This document shows positions 28,128-37,390 of a DNA stretch of 64,000 nucleotides, in pieces (within the stretch, counting starts at the first letter, position 1; each line of letters begins with the position of its first letter). The stretch covers positions 256,001-320,000 of the forward strand of contig CAWFQK010000001.1 in the NCBI GenBank assembly GCA_963817955.1, written 5' to 3'. The notes under the pieces are model-generated. The model searched no databases, was not told the origin of the DNA, and saw only the letters and a program-made list of their open reading frames with translations. The position numbers and the translations under genes were made by a program. The DNA comes from an uncultured Gemmatimonadaceae bacterium. GTDB lineage: Bacteria > Gemmatimonadota > Gemmatimonadetes > Gemmatimonadales > Gemmatimonadaceae.

Positions 28128-29381
28128 CTATCGGACGCCAGCCAGCGCGGCGACGATGAGCGCCACCCACTGGATGCCGAGCCAGCCGTTCGGGCCATCA
28201 TCATACCATTCGCCCAGCGAATGCGCGCCTTCCGCATGACCGCCGCCGCCCACGGTGATCGCCGGAACTCCGAGGCTGATCGGAATGTTCGCGTCGGTGC
28301 TCGACGCGGTCGTGGTCGATGTAAACCCAAGCGCCTTTGCTGCACTGAGCGCGGTCTGAACGATCGCCACGTTGTCCGACTGGCCACCGGTGGGGCGAAT
28401 GCCGATCGTATCGATGGTCATCGAAAGCTTCGCCGCCGCCGCCCGCGGCCCGGGCCAACGTACATTCTCCGCGTCGAGCGCGGCGTGCAGGATGCGCAGG
28501 ATTTTTTCGTTCGTCGTGGCGAGCGAGGTTGCATCTTCCGATCGCATGTCCACGTCCATTGACGCTTCGAACGGGATCGAATTCACGGACGTGCCGCCGG
28601 TGATCACGCCCACGTTGAACGTTGTCTTTGGCGTCGTCGGCACCTGAATATCGGCAATGCCCGCGATGGCACGGCCAAGTGCGTGAATGGGATTCGGAAT
28701 GCCGAACGCGCCGTAACTATGTCCGCCCGGCCCCCGGTACGTCACTTTGTAGCGGTTGCTGCCGACCGCTCTGCTCACGATGTGCATTTCCGCATCGTCG
28801 ACGGAGATGAAGTAGTCGATCTTCCCCTTCAGGGAGTGGTCGAACAGATACCGCGTGCCGCGAAGATTCCCTGGTCCTTCTTCGCCGACATTGCCCACGA
28901 AGTACACGGTGCCGATTGTTTGCACGCCGGCCTGGTTGAACGCCCGCGCGATGGCGAGCAGGGTGGCCAGACCGCGATCGTCGTCGCCGATTCCCGGTGC
29001 GCGCAGCTTGGTCCCCTCATGTTTGACCGTGACGTCCGTGCCTTCGGGGAACACGGTGTCGAGGTGCCCCTGAATGAGCACGGTTGGGCCTTTGCCGCTT
29101 CCCGGACGCTCGGCGATGACGTTGCCTACCGAGTCGATGCGCACGTTCCTGAAGCCGAGCGCTTCGAGGCGTTTCTTGTACTCCAGGCCCCGCGCGGTCT
29201 CCTTGAACGGCGGCGCCGGGATCTGCGTCAACTCCACCTGCTGTTGGAGCGTCCACGCATTGTCGGCCTTGATGATGTCGAGGGCAGCGCGGACTTTCGG
29301 GTTTGACGACGGAAGCACGACCTGCGCTGGCAACGGAGCCGCGAGCAACAGGACGATAGTGGCGAAGCGCAGGCGGTTCAT
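28128..29381 (-). CDS. Secreted M20/M25/M40 family metallohydrolase
   Basis: Signal peptide, GHLDTVFP, PGIGDD, VGEEG, GGHS, STDAN. Confidence 0.9.
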   Translation of the reverse strand: MNRLRFATIVLLLAAPLPAQVVLPSSNPKVRAALDIIKADNAWTLQQQVELTQIPAPPFKETARGLEYKKRLEALGFRNVRIDSVGNVIAERPGSGKGPTVLIQGHLDTVFPEGTDVTVKHEGTKLRAPGIGDDDRGLATLLAIARAFNQAGVQTIGTVYFVGNVGEEGPGNLRGTRYLFDHSLKGKIDYFISVDDAEMHIVSRAVGSNRYKVTYRGPGGHSYGAFGIPNPIHALGRAIAGIADIQVPTTPKTTFNVGVITGGTSVNSIPFEASMDVDMRSEDATSLATTNEKILRILHAALDAENVRWPGPRAAAAKLSMTIDTIGIRPTGGQSDNVAIVQTALSAAKALGFTSTTTASSTDANIPISLGVPAITVGGGGHAEGAHSLGEWYDDGPNGWLGIQWVALIVAALAGVR

Positions 29382-29403
29382 GAGCGAGTGGTGGGATGAG
29401 AAG

Positions 29404-29440
29404 TGGGACAGGGGCGCGGGACACGAGACACAAGACACGT
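29404..29440. repeat. Short GRGACAC-like heptamer tandem
   Basis: gggacac gagacac aagacac, same unit as 63921-63965. Confidence 0.6.
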
Positions 29441-29443
29441 GCA

Positions 29444-30517
29444 TTAACACAGATGCACCGCCATCGCCTTGAACCCGACGACCACTTCGTGCCCGACGTC
29501 GAGCTGCAGCTCGCGTACGGAACGCGCCGTGACTGCGGCCACGATGGGAATGCCGCTGACATCGACCGCAACGCGCGTCAACGCGCCCGCCGGGACGATC
29601 TCGATGATATGACCACGGAATTGGTTCTGCACCGAGGACATGGCGGGTTCGGCAGACAGCGAGATCTCTTCAGCGCGAATCACGGCGTGTGTTGGACCGG
29701 GCACGACATCGCCCAGTGCGTAAAAGGTGAGCGCGCCGGTGGTGAACGCTACGGCAAGCTGCATGAATTCGTTCTCCGTGCCCTCCACCCAATCAGGCGG
29801 CTCCGAGCGAATGGGGCGGGCCACGCCGGCGAATACGTTCTCGGCACCGAGGAAGTCGGCGATGTACGGACTCGCCGGTTTGCGAAACACCTGCTCGGGA
29901 TCGCCTTGCTGCACCACGCGGCCCCGATCCAGAACGATCGCGACGTTGCCAAGCAGGCCCGCTTCGGCAAAGTCGTGCGTCACGTGCAGTACCGTGAAAC
30001 GTTGCTCATAGTAGATGGTACGCAGTACGCGCCGGGCAATGTTGCGCGTCCGCGGATCGAGCGCACTGAACGGTTCGTCGAGCAGCAATACGTCGGGCTG
30101 GCGAGCCAAGGCGCGAGCGAGCGCGACGAGTTGCCGCTCGCCGCCGCTCAACGATGCAGCCGTGCGGTCCGCGAGGACGTCGATACCGAAGCGACCGCTC
30201 ATGTCAGCCGCCACGGCGGCGTTCGCCGCACCGTAGAGCACGTTCTCGTGCACGGAGAGGTGCGGAAAGAGGTACGCATGCTGGTAGACGATTCCCAGCC
30301 GACGCAACTCCGGCGGGGCATGCGTGAGGTCATTTCCCCCCAACAGGATCTTGCCGGACGTGGCGCGAATGACGCCGGCTATCGTCTCGAGGAGCGTCGT
30401 CTTTCCCGATCCCGCGGGGCCGATGACGACACCATAGCCGCCCTGCGGCACGCCGAACGACACGTCGGTCAGCCGGAACTTCCCGGCGCGCGCGTTGACC
30501 CGCTCCAGGGTGATCAC
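29444..30517 (-). CDS. Molybdate/tungstate ABC transporter ATPase with TOBE domain (WtpC-like)
   Basis: GPAGSGKT, LSGGE, LLLDEP, C-terminal SSVQNQFRG...FKAMAVH TOBE. Confidence 0.9.
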   Translation of the reverse strand: MITLERVNARAGKFRLTDVSFGVPQGGYGVVIGPAGSGKTTLLETIAGVIRATSGKILLGGNDLTHAPPELRRLGIVYQHAYLFPHLSVHENVLYGAANAAVAADMSGRFGIDVLADRTAASLSGGERQLVALARALARQPDVLLLDEPFSALDPRTRNIARRVLRTIYYEQRFTVLHVTHDFAEAGLLGNVAIVLDRGRVVQQGDPEQVFRKPASPYIADFLGAENVFAGVARPIRSEPPDWVEGTENEFMQLAVAFTTGALTFYALGDVVPGPTHAVIRAEEISLSAEPAMSSVQNQFRGHIIEIVPAGALTRVAVDVSGIPIVAAVTARSVRELQLDVGHEVVVGFKAMAVHLC

Positions 30518-31317
30518 GCGTCGCCTGCGCGCAGAGCGCGCAACGCGGCCAGTGGCACGAGAGCTAGGATTACCAGCACCGCCGCGACCGGGAGCGCTTC
30601 ACTCAATCCGAAGCCACTGAACCGATCGTAGCTCAGCACGCTCACCACTTTGGGATTGTAGGTGAGGATGACGATCGCGCCGAACTCACTCACCGCACGT
30701 GCCCACATGACCACCGCAGCAGCGGTGAGTCCTCGCGCTGACAACGGCAGCGTCACGCGGCGAAATGCGCGCCATGCGTCGTCGCCAAGCGTGCGCGCCA
30801 CCCACTCGTAGCGCACGTCCACACGCGCGAACGTCTCGCGCGCCGCGCTCACGTACAGCGGCGCCGACACGAACAGCATGGCGCAGACGATACCCACCGG
30901 TGAACCCGCCACGCGCAGTCCCGCCGCATAGAGTACCGACCCGATGGGGCTGCCGCGGCCGAGCACCAGAAGAAGCGCGATGCCGGCGACAGAATGCGGG
31001 ATGACGATCGGCAGATCCAGCATTGCGCCGAGCACGGCACGACCCGGGAAGGAGCGCCGGGCCAGCAGGTAGGCGATCGGCGTCGCACCCAGCACACCGA
31101 GTATCGTGGCGATCGTCGCCGTGACGACGGTGAGCAGCAACGACGCGCGCAACTCGTGGTCAGTGAGGAGGCTCGCCAGTCCGCGACGGCCGCCGGCAGA
31201 CACGAGGCCAATGACCGGCGCCAGGATAAAAATGAGAAAGAGCGATGACAGAACCGCGACGACGACGGCGATCGCCGCCCGCTGTGTCGCGCTCGAGCGG
31301 TGCGGGCTGACAGACAT
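30514..31317 (-). CDS. Molybdate/tungstate ABC transporter permease (WtpB/ModB-like)
   Basis: DLPIVIPHSVAGIALL, ARTLG loop, WARAVSEFGA. Confidence 0.9.
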   Translation of the reverse strand: MSVSPHRSSATQRAAIAVVVAVLSSLFLIFILAPVIGLVSAGGRRGLASLLTDHELRASLLLTVVTATIATILGVLGATPIAYLLARRSFPGRAVLGAMLDLPIVIPHSVAGIALLLVLGRGSPIGSVLYAAGLRVAGSPVGIVCAMLFVSAPLYVSAARETFARVDVRYEWVARTLGDDAWRAFRRVTLPLSARGLTAAAVVMWARAVSEFGAIVILTYNPKVVSVLSYDRFSGFGLSEALPVAAVLVILALVPLAALRALRAGDA

Positions 31318-31327
31318 ATCGGGCAGG

Positions 31328-32215
31328 CTATGGTCTGGAAGCGCCATGAAGTTCGGCTGGACCGCCGGAGCCGATGACGAGCGGGTGGTCCAGCATGTCG
31401 ACATGCGCATCACGAAGCTGCCGAATGACGGCGGGCGACATCAGGTAGTCGAGAAAACGTCGCGCGGCGGCGGCGTGCGGCGCGGCGGTCGGAATGCTCA
31501 AGCCGTACAGTATGGGTTGTCCCGGCAGCACCACTTCTTGTCCGGGCGTGCTGCCACGCACGCGTACTGACACGCGCGCATAATCGGCGGTGCGCTTGGG
31601 ATCTCCCAGGTCGATGGCCGGCGGCAAGGGAATGAACCGGAACCCATTTGCCTCTGCGACCGATTGGTAGTCGTATATGTAATCGAGCTCTCCAGCCGCG
31701 AGCAGCGCCGCGAGTTCGGCCGCGTTTGGGCGAATGTTACGCGGTGGAGCGTGTGCGAGCAGTGATGACGCGAGCCTCCGTTGGCCGTAGTATCGCTCGG
31801 CGAGATCGAATAGGAGCAGAGTGCGATAGCCCACGGGCGCGATATTCGGGTCTGTTCGGCCAACTTCGACATCGCGACGCTGAACGATTGAGATCCAGTT
31901 GGCGGGGGTGATCTCGTTTGCGTACTTCGATCGCGGCGTGTACGCCAGCACCAGACGGTTGCGCGCGAAGTCGGCATACCAGGTTGCGTAGGCCGGAACG
32001 AGATAGCGCGGAAATACGTCGGCGTCGGCCAGCAGCAGGAGGTCGGGCGTCCGGTGCAGTTCGGTAATCTTGCGCACGTGCTCGAGCGACGCGCCGCTTT
32101 CCCGCTGGATGACGGTGCCCGTTCGGGCCGCATAGGCATCCAGTACCGGCTGGAGCGGCCGATTCAGGCTGGCGGCAACATAGATCAGTAACGTGTCGGT
32201 AAGGAGGCGCAACAT
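31328..32215 (-). CDS. WtpA/ModA-like oxyanion-binding protein (true start possibly GTG 32265 across a frameshift)
   Basis: YVAASL, ESGAS, FARNRLVLAY, DPNIAPVGYR, GELDY, PILYGLSIP. Confidence 0.85.
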   Translation of the reverse strand: MLRLLTDTLLIYVAASLNRPLQPVLDAYAARTGTVIQRESGASLEHVRKITELHRTPDLLLLADADVFPRYLVPAYATWYADFARNRLVLAYTPRSKYANEITPANWISIVQRRDVEVGRTDPNIAPVGYRTLLLFDLAERYYGQRRLASSLLAHAPPRNIRPNAAELAALLAAGELDYIYDYQSVAEANGFRFIPLPPAIDLGDPKRTADYARVSVRVRGSTPGQEVVLPGQPILYGLSIPTAAPHAAAARRFLDYLMSPAVIRQLRDAHVDMLDHPLVIGSGGPAELHGASRP

Positions 32216-32359
32216 GCTGCAAAGAAAGCTGGATGGAACAGGCGCCGCCACAGTCGAAACTTCACGGAGGGACGAAACGTCGTATAATGGAGGTCTGCAA
32301 CGCAGGTGTTTGTCCTATTTTGGTAGCACAAACCGCAGACCCGCCTTCCTTCCCCTCCC

Positions 32360-33325
32360 ATGTCCAGCCTCGCAATCGACATTTGCAAGGTCCAGAAGCG
32401 GTACGAAGAGCATGTCGCAGTACGCGACCTTTCGCTCCAAGTACCCGAAGGATGTGTGTACGGACTCCTCGGCCCAAATGGCGCCGGGAAGACGACCACC
32501 ATCCGCATGCTTCTCGACATCATCCTGCCCGACTCCGGATCCATCTCGTTGTTCGGCAAGCCGAACACGGACCTCGCCGTGCTCGACCGCGTCGGGTATT
32601 TGCCCGAAGAACGTGGCTTGTACAAGAAGATGCAGGTCCGTCGGGTGCTTCAGTTTCTCGCCGAGCTCAAGGGCGTGAGCGCCGCGGACGCCGCTCGCCG
32701 CATCGACGAGTGGCTGGAGCGGTTCAGCCTCAAATCCGATGAGAAGAATTGGGGCGACGCAAAAGTGGACGAATTATCGCGCGGTATGCAGCAGAAAGTG
32801 CAGTTCATCGCCACACTGCTGCACGACCCGGATCTCGTCATTCTCGACGAACCGTTCAGCGGTCTCGATCCGATCAACGCGCAGGCACTGAAGGATGCGG
32901 TACTCGATCTGAAGCGGCGCGGCAAGACGGTGATCTTCTCGACGCACGTGATGGACAACGCCGAGAAGATGTGCGATTCCGTGTGCATCATTGCGCGCGG
33001 AGAAAAGGTGCTCGACGGCACCGTCGCGGGTGTGAAGCAGGACGCAGGCGCCCGGAACGTGGCGCTGGCACTGGCTGGCGGCGCGCAGAACGGAGTCAGC
33101 GAGGTGCTGCGGGACACTCAGCTCGTCTCGAAAGTGGACGAGACCAACAACTACTTCGAGCTCGAAATGGCGCCGAACGGCGACGCGCAGGTTCTGCTGC
33201 GACGACTCATCGATGCGGGAGCGAATATCGAGCGGTTTGAGCTCGTCCAGCCGTCGCTCCATCAAATATTCTTGCAGCGCGTCGGCGCGCGCGGCGTCGA
33301 AACGGGGATGTCCGGCCATGGCTAA
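32360..33325 (+). CDS. ABC-2 type transporter ATPase (YhaQ/NatA-like)
   Basis: GPNGAGKTT, GYLPEERGLY, LSRGMQQK, LDEPFSGLD, PSLHQIF. Confidence 0.93.
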   Translation: MSSLAIDICKVQKRYEEHVAVRDLSLQVPEGCVYGLLGPNGAGKTTTIRMLLDIILPDSGSISLFGKPNTDLAVLDRVGYLPEERGLYKKMQVRRVLQFLAELKGVSAADAARRIDEWLERFSLKSDEKNWGDAKVDELSRGMQQKVQFIATLLHDPDLVILDEPFSGLDPINAQALKDAVLDLKRRGKTVIFSTHVMDNAEKMCDSVCIIARGEKVLDGTVAGVKQDAGARNVALALAGGAQNGVSEVLRDTQLVSKVDETNNYFELEMAPNGDAQVLLRRLIDAGANIERFELVQPSLHQIFLQRVGARGVETGMSGHG

Positions 33326-34655
33326 CAAGATCTTCATCGTCGCGAAGCGCGAGTATCTGGAGCGCGTTCGTTCGCGCACGTTCGTGGTCATGACGCTCCT
33401 CGTGCCAGTGCTCATGGCGGCGGCGTTCTTCGTTCAAGTGTACATGGCGACGCGAGGCGGTACATCGCCGAACCTGCGGCGCATCCGCGTTCTCGATGTA
33501 TCGGGTGCCGCCATCGGCCAACGGGTCGCCACGACGCTTCGCGCTGACAGCGCCACCTCCGACACGACAGCTGGCCCGTTCGTCATGAACTTGACGCCGG
33601 CCGAGCTTCCGGCGGCGGAAGAGGCAGCAGCGCGCGAAGTCATGAAACCCAATTCGCTGATCGGCTACCTGGTGATCGACGATAGCACGCTCGCCGGCAA
33701 GCGGGCGCGCTATGCCGGGCGTAATGCGTCGGCCATGTCCGACATGGAGCGGCTGCGGTCGGCAATCCGCCAGTCGGTGATGATGGTGCGTCTCGAGCAC
33801 GAGGGCGTGAACAAGGCAACCGTCGACGAGCTGACGAAATCGCATCTCGAGATGCCGGCGGAACGACTGACGGAGAAGGGGCGCGGTGGATCCGGTATGA
33901 GTGGATTGTTCGCCGGAGTCATCGTGGGCGTCATGCTCCTCATGTCGATCATCGTGCACGGCCAGAACGTCATGCGCGGCGTGCTCGAGGAGAAGTCGAC
34001 GCGCGTGGCCGAGATCGTGATCTCGAGCATCAAACCGGAATCGCTGCTCGCCGGCAAAGTGCTTGGTGTTGGCGGCGTGGGCTTGACGCAGATCATCGCC
34101 TGGCTCCTGCTGGGTAGCTATCTCACGAACTTCTTTTTGCCGCTCGTGCTCAAGGCATCGGGCGCGGCGGCAGCACTTGGCTCGGCGGGCGCGGGCGCGG
34201 GCGCGGGTCCCATGGCCTCCACACTCGGCGGCATGAGCATTGGCGTGCTCGTCATTGCCATTGTGTACTTTCTGCTCGGATTCGTGTTCTATGCCACGTT
34301 GTTCGCGGCGGTAGGCTCAATGGTCACGAGTGAACAGGAAGCGCAGCAAGCCGTCATGCCCGTCATGTTGCTGCTGATGAGCGGATGGATATTCGTGAAT
34401 CCGGTGCTGATGAATCCAAACAGCAAGCTGGCCGTGGTGTTGTCCTGGCTTCCGTGGGCCTCTCCGATCCTCATGCCTATTCGCATGGGCCTCACAGCCG
34501 TGTCTCCACTATCGGTAGCTGGGTCGCTCGTCGTGGCGCTGATCGGTTCGCTGGGCGCCGTCTGGCTGGCGGCACGCATCTACCGCGTGGGCATGCTGAT
34601 GTACGGAAAGAAGCCAAGCCTCGCCGAGTTGGCGAAGTGGATTCGGTACGCGTGA
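33318..34655 (+). CDS. ABC-2 type permease (YhaP/NatB-like)
   Basis: KREYLERVRSRTF, EEKSTRVAEI, LLAGKVLG, RIYRVGMLMYGK. Confidence 0.92.
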   Translation: MANKIFIVAKREYLERVRSRTFVVMTLLVPVLMAAAFFVQVYMATRGGTSPNLRRIRVLDVSGAAIGQRVATTLRADSATSDTTAGPFVMNLTPAELPAAEEAAAREVMKPNSLIGYLVIDDSTLAGKRARYAGRNASAMSDMERLRSAIRQSVMMVRLEHEGVNKATVDELTKSHLEMPAERLTEKGRGGSGMSGLFAGVIVGVMLLMSIIVHGQNVMRGVLEEKSTRVAEIVISSIKPESLLAGKVLGVGGVGLTQIIAWLLLGSYLTNFFLPLVLKASGAAAALGSAGAGAGAGPMASTLGGMSIGVLVIAIVYFLLGFVFYATLFAAVGSMVTSEQEAQQAVMPVMLLLMSGWIFVNPVLMNPNSKLAVVLSWLPWASPILMPIRMGLTAVSPLSVAGSLVVALIGSLGAVWLAARIYRVGMLMYGKKPSLAELAKWIRYA

Positions 34656-34666
34656 GCGTTCGGTAT

Positions 34667-34693
34667 AGACGGCGGTGCTGAGCGCCGCCGTCT
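34667..34693. terminator. Hairpin between convergent genes
   Basis: AGACGGCGGTGC/GCGCCGCCGTCT. Confidence 0.6.
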
Positions 34694-34702
34694 GACCAAC
34701 GT

Positions 34703-35086
34703 TCAGTCTGCCCGAACTGGCATCGTCGAGCTCGTCGACGTCGGCGCGCCAATCGTGCTCTTCAGCTCGTTCACCCAACCGTTCACGCGGTTTTCGACGG
34801 CGCCTTGGACGCCAGTCAAGAGCGTCGCGACCACGTCGTCGAACGCCTCGCCAATCTTCGAGCGCGCCCCTCGCGTGGCACCAGCCGTCGCCGCCGCGGC
34901 TTTGATGTCGGCGCCCGACTGGCTGAGGAGAACACCTGCACCGACGGCAACCGCAAGCGCGGACCATGGATGCTCGCGCACCATCTGCATGACGTTGAGT
35001 TTGTTCTCCAGCTCGTCGAGCGTGCTCGACATCCGCTCGCGCGTCAGCTCGATGTCGCGCCGGACGTCAGCCGTTGTTTCAACCAT
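34703..35086 (-). CDS. DUF3618 domain protein
   Basis: VRRDIELTRERMSSTLDELENKL followed by HPW and a TM segment. Confidence 0.8.
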   Translation of the reverse strand: MVETTADVRRDIELTRERMSSTLDELENKLNVMQMVREHPWSALAVAVGAGVLLSQSGADIKAAAATAGATRGARSKIGEAFDDVVATLLTGVQGAVENRVNGWVNELKSTIGAPTSTSSTMPVRAD

Positions 35087-35472
35087 TCTGAATCCTCCTT
35101 GAGCGTCGTCACCGTTTCATGTGGGGCGAGCTGGGACGGCGACAGGAGCGCCATGCCGCGTCTTGCGAACCACGCGGCCAACACGCCAGTGATCACCAAC
35201 AGGATGAGTGCCGCGAGCCAGTAGAGATCGGCGGGTAGCCACTGATCGCCCACCAGGAGAACAACGCCGGCAAGCAACGACAGTGTGCCGAGCAGCGCGA
35301 GCACGGCGCCCAGCGCGACGAATGTCGTACCTTTGCCGATGCCTGTGGCCACGCCGGCGATCTCTGTCTTCGCGATGCGCACTTCACCGCGAACGAGTGT
35401 CGCGCTCCCCTCCGCGAGATCGCGAAGGAGAGCGCCGATGCCGCGACGGCCATCACGTCCGTCGAGCGCCAT
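35044..35472 (-). CDS. Holin-like (YqjE/superfamily III) two-TM protein
   Basis: IGALLRDL, LVRGEVRIAKTEI, two TMs, PHETVTTLKED. Confidence 0.82.
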   Translation of the reverse strand: MALDGRDGRRGIGALLRDLAEGSATLVRGEVRIAKTEIAGVATGIGKGTTFVALGAVLALLGTLSLLAGVVLLVGDQWLPADLYWLAALILLVITGVLAAWFARRGMALLSPSQLAPHETVTTLKEDSEWLKQRLTSGATSS

Positions 35473-35481
35473 GACTACCTC

Positions 35482-36021
35482 CTACTTCCGGAATGCTTTG
35501 CCGAGGAGATACCCAACGCCGACCGCCATGAGTAGCGTGCGGCCAGGATGCTCCTTGACCTGACGTTCGACGCCCAGCTTCATGGTGTCGAGGTCAGCCT
35601 CGCGGAGCCAATCGGCGGTCGCGTCCATTCCAGTCGCCACACGGTCGGCGACCTGAACGACACGCGCGTTGGTGTCTGTAGATAGGTTGCCACTCGTCGT
35701 CGAGCTCACGAACTGACGACTGCCGCGCTGCCGCAGCCGATCGGCGCCAGACGCGAGAGCATCGGCGACCGAGTCCTTGATATTGCCTGCGCGTTCGCGA
35801 ACGGCCGGAGTGACATCCGCCAACTTATCCTTCGCTTTCTCCGTCACGTCACGCGCGCGGTCAGCCAGTTCCTGCCCTTGTTCCGAGCGAATGCTCGTGT
35901 CGGCGTTCGCGCCGAAGCCCTGCGTACCCGACGTAATCCCCGAATTCCCCAAGCCGCTGGACGTCGATCCCCCCGTCTGTCCCTGGCTCGTGTCTCCCGA
36001 CGAGAAACCGTTCCGTTCCAT
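35482..36021 (-). CDS. DUF883/ElaB-YqjD-like tail-anchored protein
   Basis: GGAGG RBS, C-terminal VKEHPGRTLLMAVGVGYLLGKAFRK. Confidence 0.75.
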   Translation of the reverse strand: MERNGFSSGDTSQGQTGGSTSSGLGNSGITSGTQGFGANADTSIRSEQGQELADRARDVTEKAKDKLADVTPAVRERAGNIKDSVADALASGADRLRQRGSRQFVSSTTSGNLSTDTNARVVQVADRVATGMDATADWLREADLDTMKLGVERQVKEHPGRTLLMAVGVGYLLGKAFRK

Positions 36022-36054
36022 GTGAACTCCTCCAAAGATGGCTACCGCTGCGTC

Positions 36055-36070
36055 TGCAGATGGTGTGCCG
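36055..36070 (-). promoter_or_regulatory. Candidate sigma54 promoter
   Basis: CGGCACACCATCTGCA, close to TGGCAC-N5-TTGCA, 34 nt upstream of the ATG. Confidence 0.6.
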
Positions 36071-36188
36071 GACGTCATGGGAGGAGCAATTCTCGTATCG
36101 CGCTTGCGCCGACACGTTGCACGTTGAAGTGATCGAGAGGTATTGCGTGGAGCAGGAGCGGTACGACGACCGTTGGTCGCTGACTCCT

Positions 36189-37385
36189 TTAGCGGCGACG
36201 AGCCGTGATCAGGACGGCGATCTCGTCCGGTCGTGCGTTGATGAAATCGAGACGGACACGACCGTCAGCTGTCGTGGTCACGGTCGCCGGTATGGAGCTG
36301 TTCGTGAGCAACCAGCCTTCGGGCAGGACGACGGCATTCGCCGGCCGGCCGAAGCTTCGGTCCCAGACAAGCTCATCGCCCACGAGCGTGTAGCGGACGC
36401 TGTCGCTGTACGTCTCGAACATGCGTAGCCGCACGGACTCGCCGGTTCTGACAGTAGGAAAGTGGAAGACGACGGCTTCGGTCGCCGAGGTCACCGCCGG
36501 CAGCTGCACGCCGCCGCGGCGGATCTCGTCTCCCCTGAGAATCTCCCAGCGGAGCTCCTCACCTGTGTCCAGGTTACGGGCCGACGGCCGCGACACGGTA
36601 CTTCCCGCACGTACTTCATTGACATACGTCGAGACGCCGACGCGAGACTCCGTATAGTCATGATACAGATTGAACGCGTGCGTCTCTGGCTGCTGCAGGA
36701 AATAGACGATCTTGCGATTCTGGTGCGCGCGTTCGTCGAGTCGCGACGAGACGCTCGATGCAGCCGCCGCCCTACGCGCTGGACGAGCGCGGAGCAGGAG
36801 TGGCGCTTCAGCCGGCGTGGCGTTCCAGAAGCTGATGGCAATGCGCCCGTCGGTCTCCAACAACACCTGCGACGGATAGTTGCAGAAGGTCAGCTCATAT
36901 CCGGCCGGCAATACCACCGCATTGCGTTTGATGCCGAGCGGTCGCGAAAAGATGACCGTGTCGCCGCGCACGAAGTAGCTCGTCGCATCTTCGTAGGTCT
37001 TGTCGATGAGGACGCGCGCCTCCCCGCCATTCGCTGGAACCGGATGCGCGAGCGTGACGCGAATGTAGGTCTGTGTCGTGTCGGGATTGCGTACACCGCC
37101 CGCGCGAGCGACGCCACTCCCGACGACGTCGAAGGCCAGCGGTTGGCCGGAAGCGCGATCGCTGACATGTTCGTCGCTGGCGACGCTGCCCTTGCGGATC
37201 GGATTGAAATAATACGCGGCGCCCGGCGTAGTCGCCGTCACTTCATAAATGATGCGAAACTTCGCCGAGCCCGGCGCGAGCAATTCGTAGCGCGTGTACG
37301 CGTCGGATTCGGTTTGGACCGGCGCCTGCGCACGCGATGAACGCGCGACCGCCAGCGCCGCGATCACGGTGAACAGGCGCCGCAT
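36189..37385 (-). CDS. Secreted hypothetical protein with two homologous beta-rich domains
   Basis: Signal MRRLFTVIAALAVARSSRAQ, duplicated NAVVLPxGY/W and DGRI/V motifs. Confidence 0.8.
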   Translation of the reverse strand: MRRLFTVIAALAVARSSRAQAPVQTESDAYTRYELLAPGSAKFRIIYEVTATTPGAAYYFNPIRKGSVASDEHVSDRASGQPLAFDVVGSGVARAGGVRNPDTTQTYIRVTLAHPVPANGGEARVLIDKTYEDATSYFVRGDTVIFSRPLGIKRNAVVLPAGYELTFCNYPSQVLLETDGRIAISFWNATPAEAPLLLRARPARRAAAASSVSSRLDERAHQNRKIVYFLQQPETHAFNLYHDYTESRVGVSTYVNEVRAGSTVSRPSARNLDTGEELRWEILRGDEIRRGGVQLPAVTSATEAVVFHFPTVRTGESVRLRMFETYSDSVRYTLVGDELVWDRSFGRPANAVVLPEGWLLTNSSIPATVTTTADGRVRLDFINARPDEIAVLITARRR

Positions 37386-37390
37386 GACGT

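Noticed and set aside
35044..35472. Holin-like gene as evidence of a prophage
   Set aside because: No phage genes nearby, and the context is the cellular DUF883/YqjE/DUF3618 triad.
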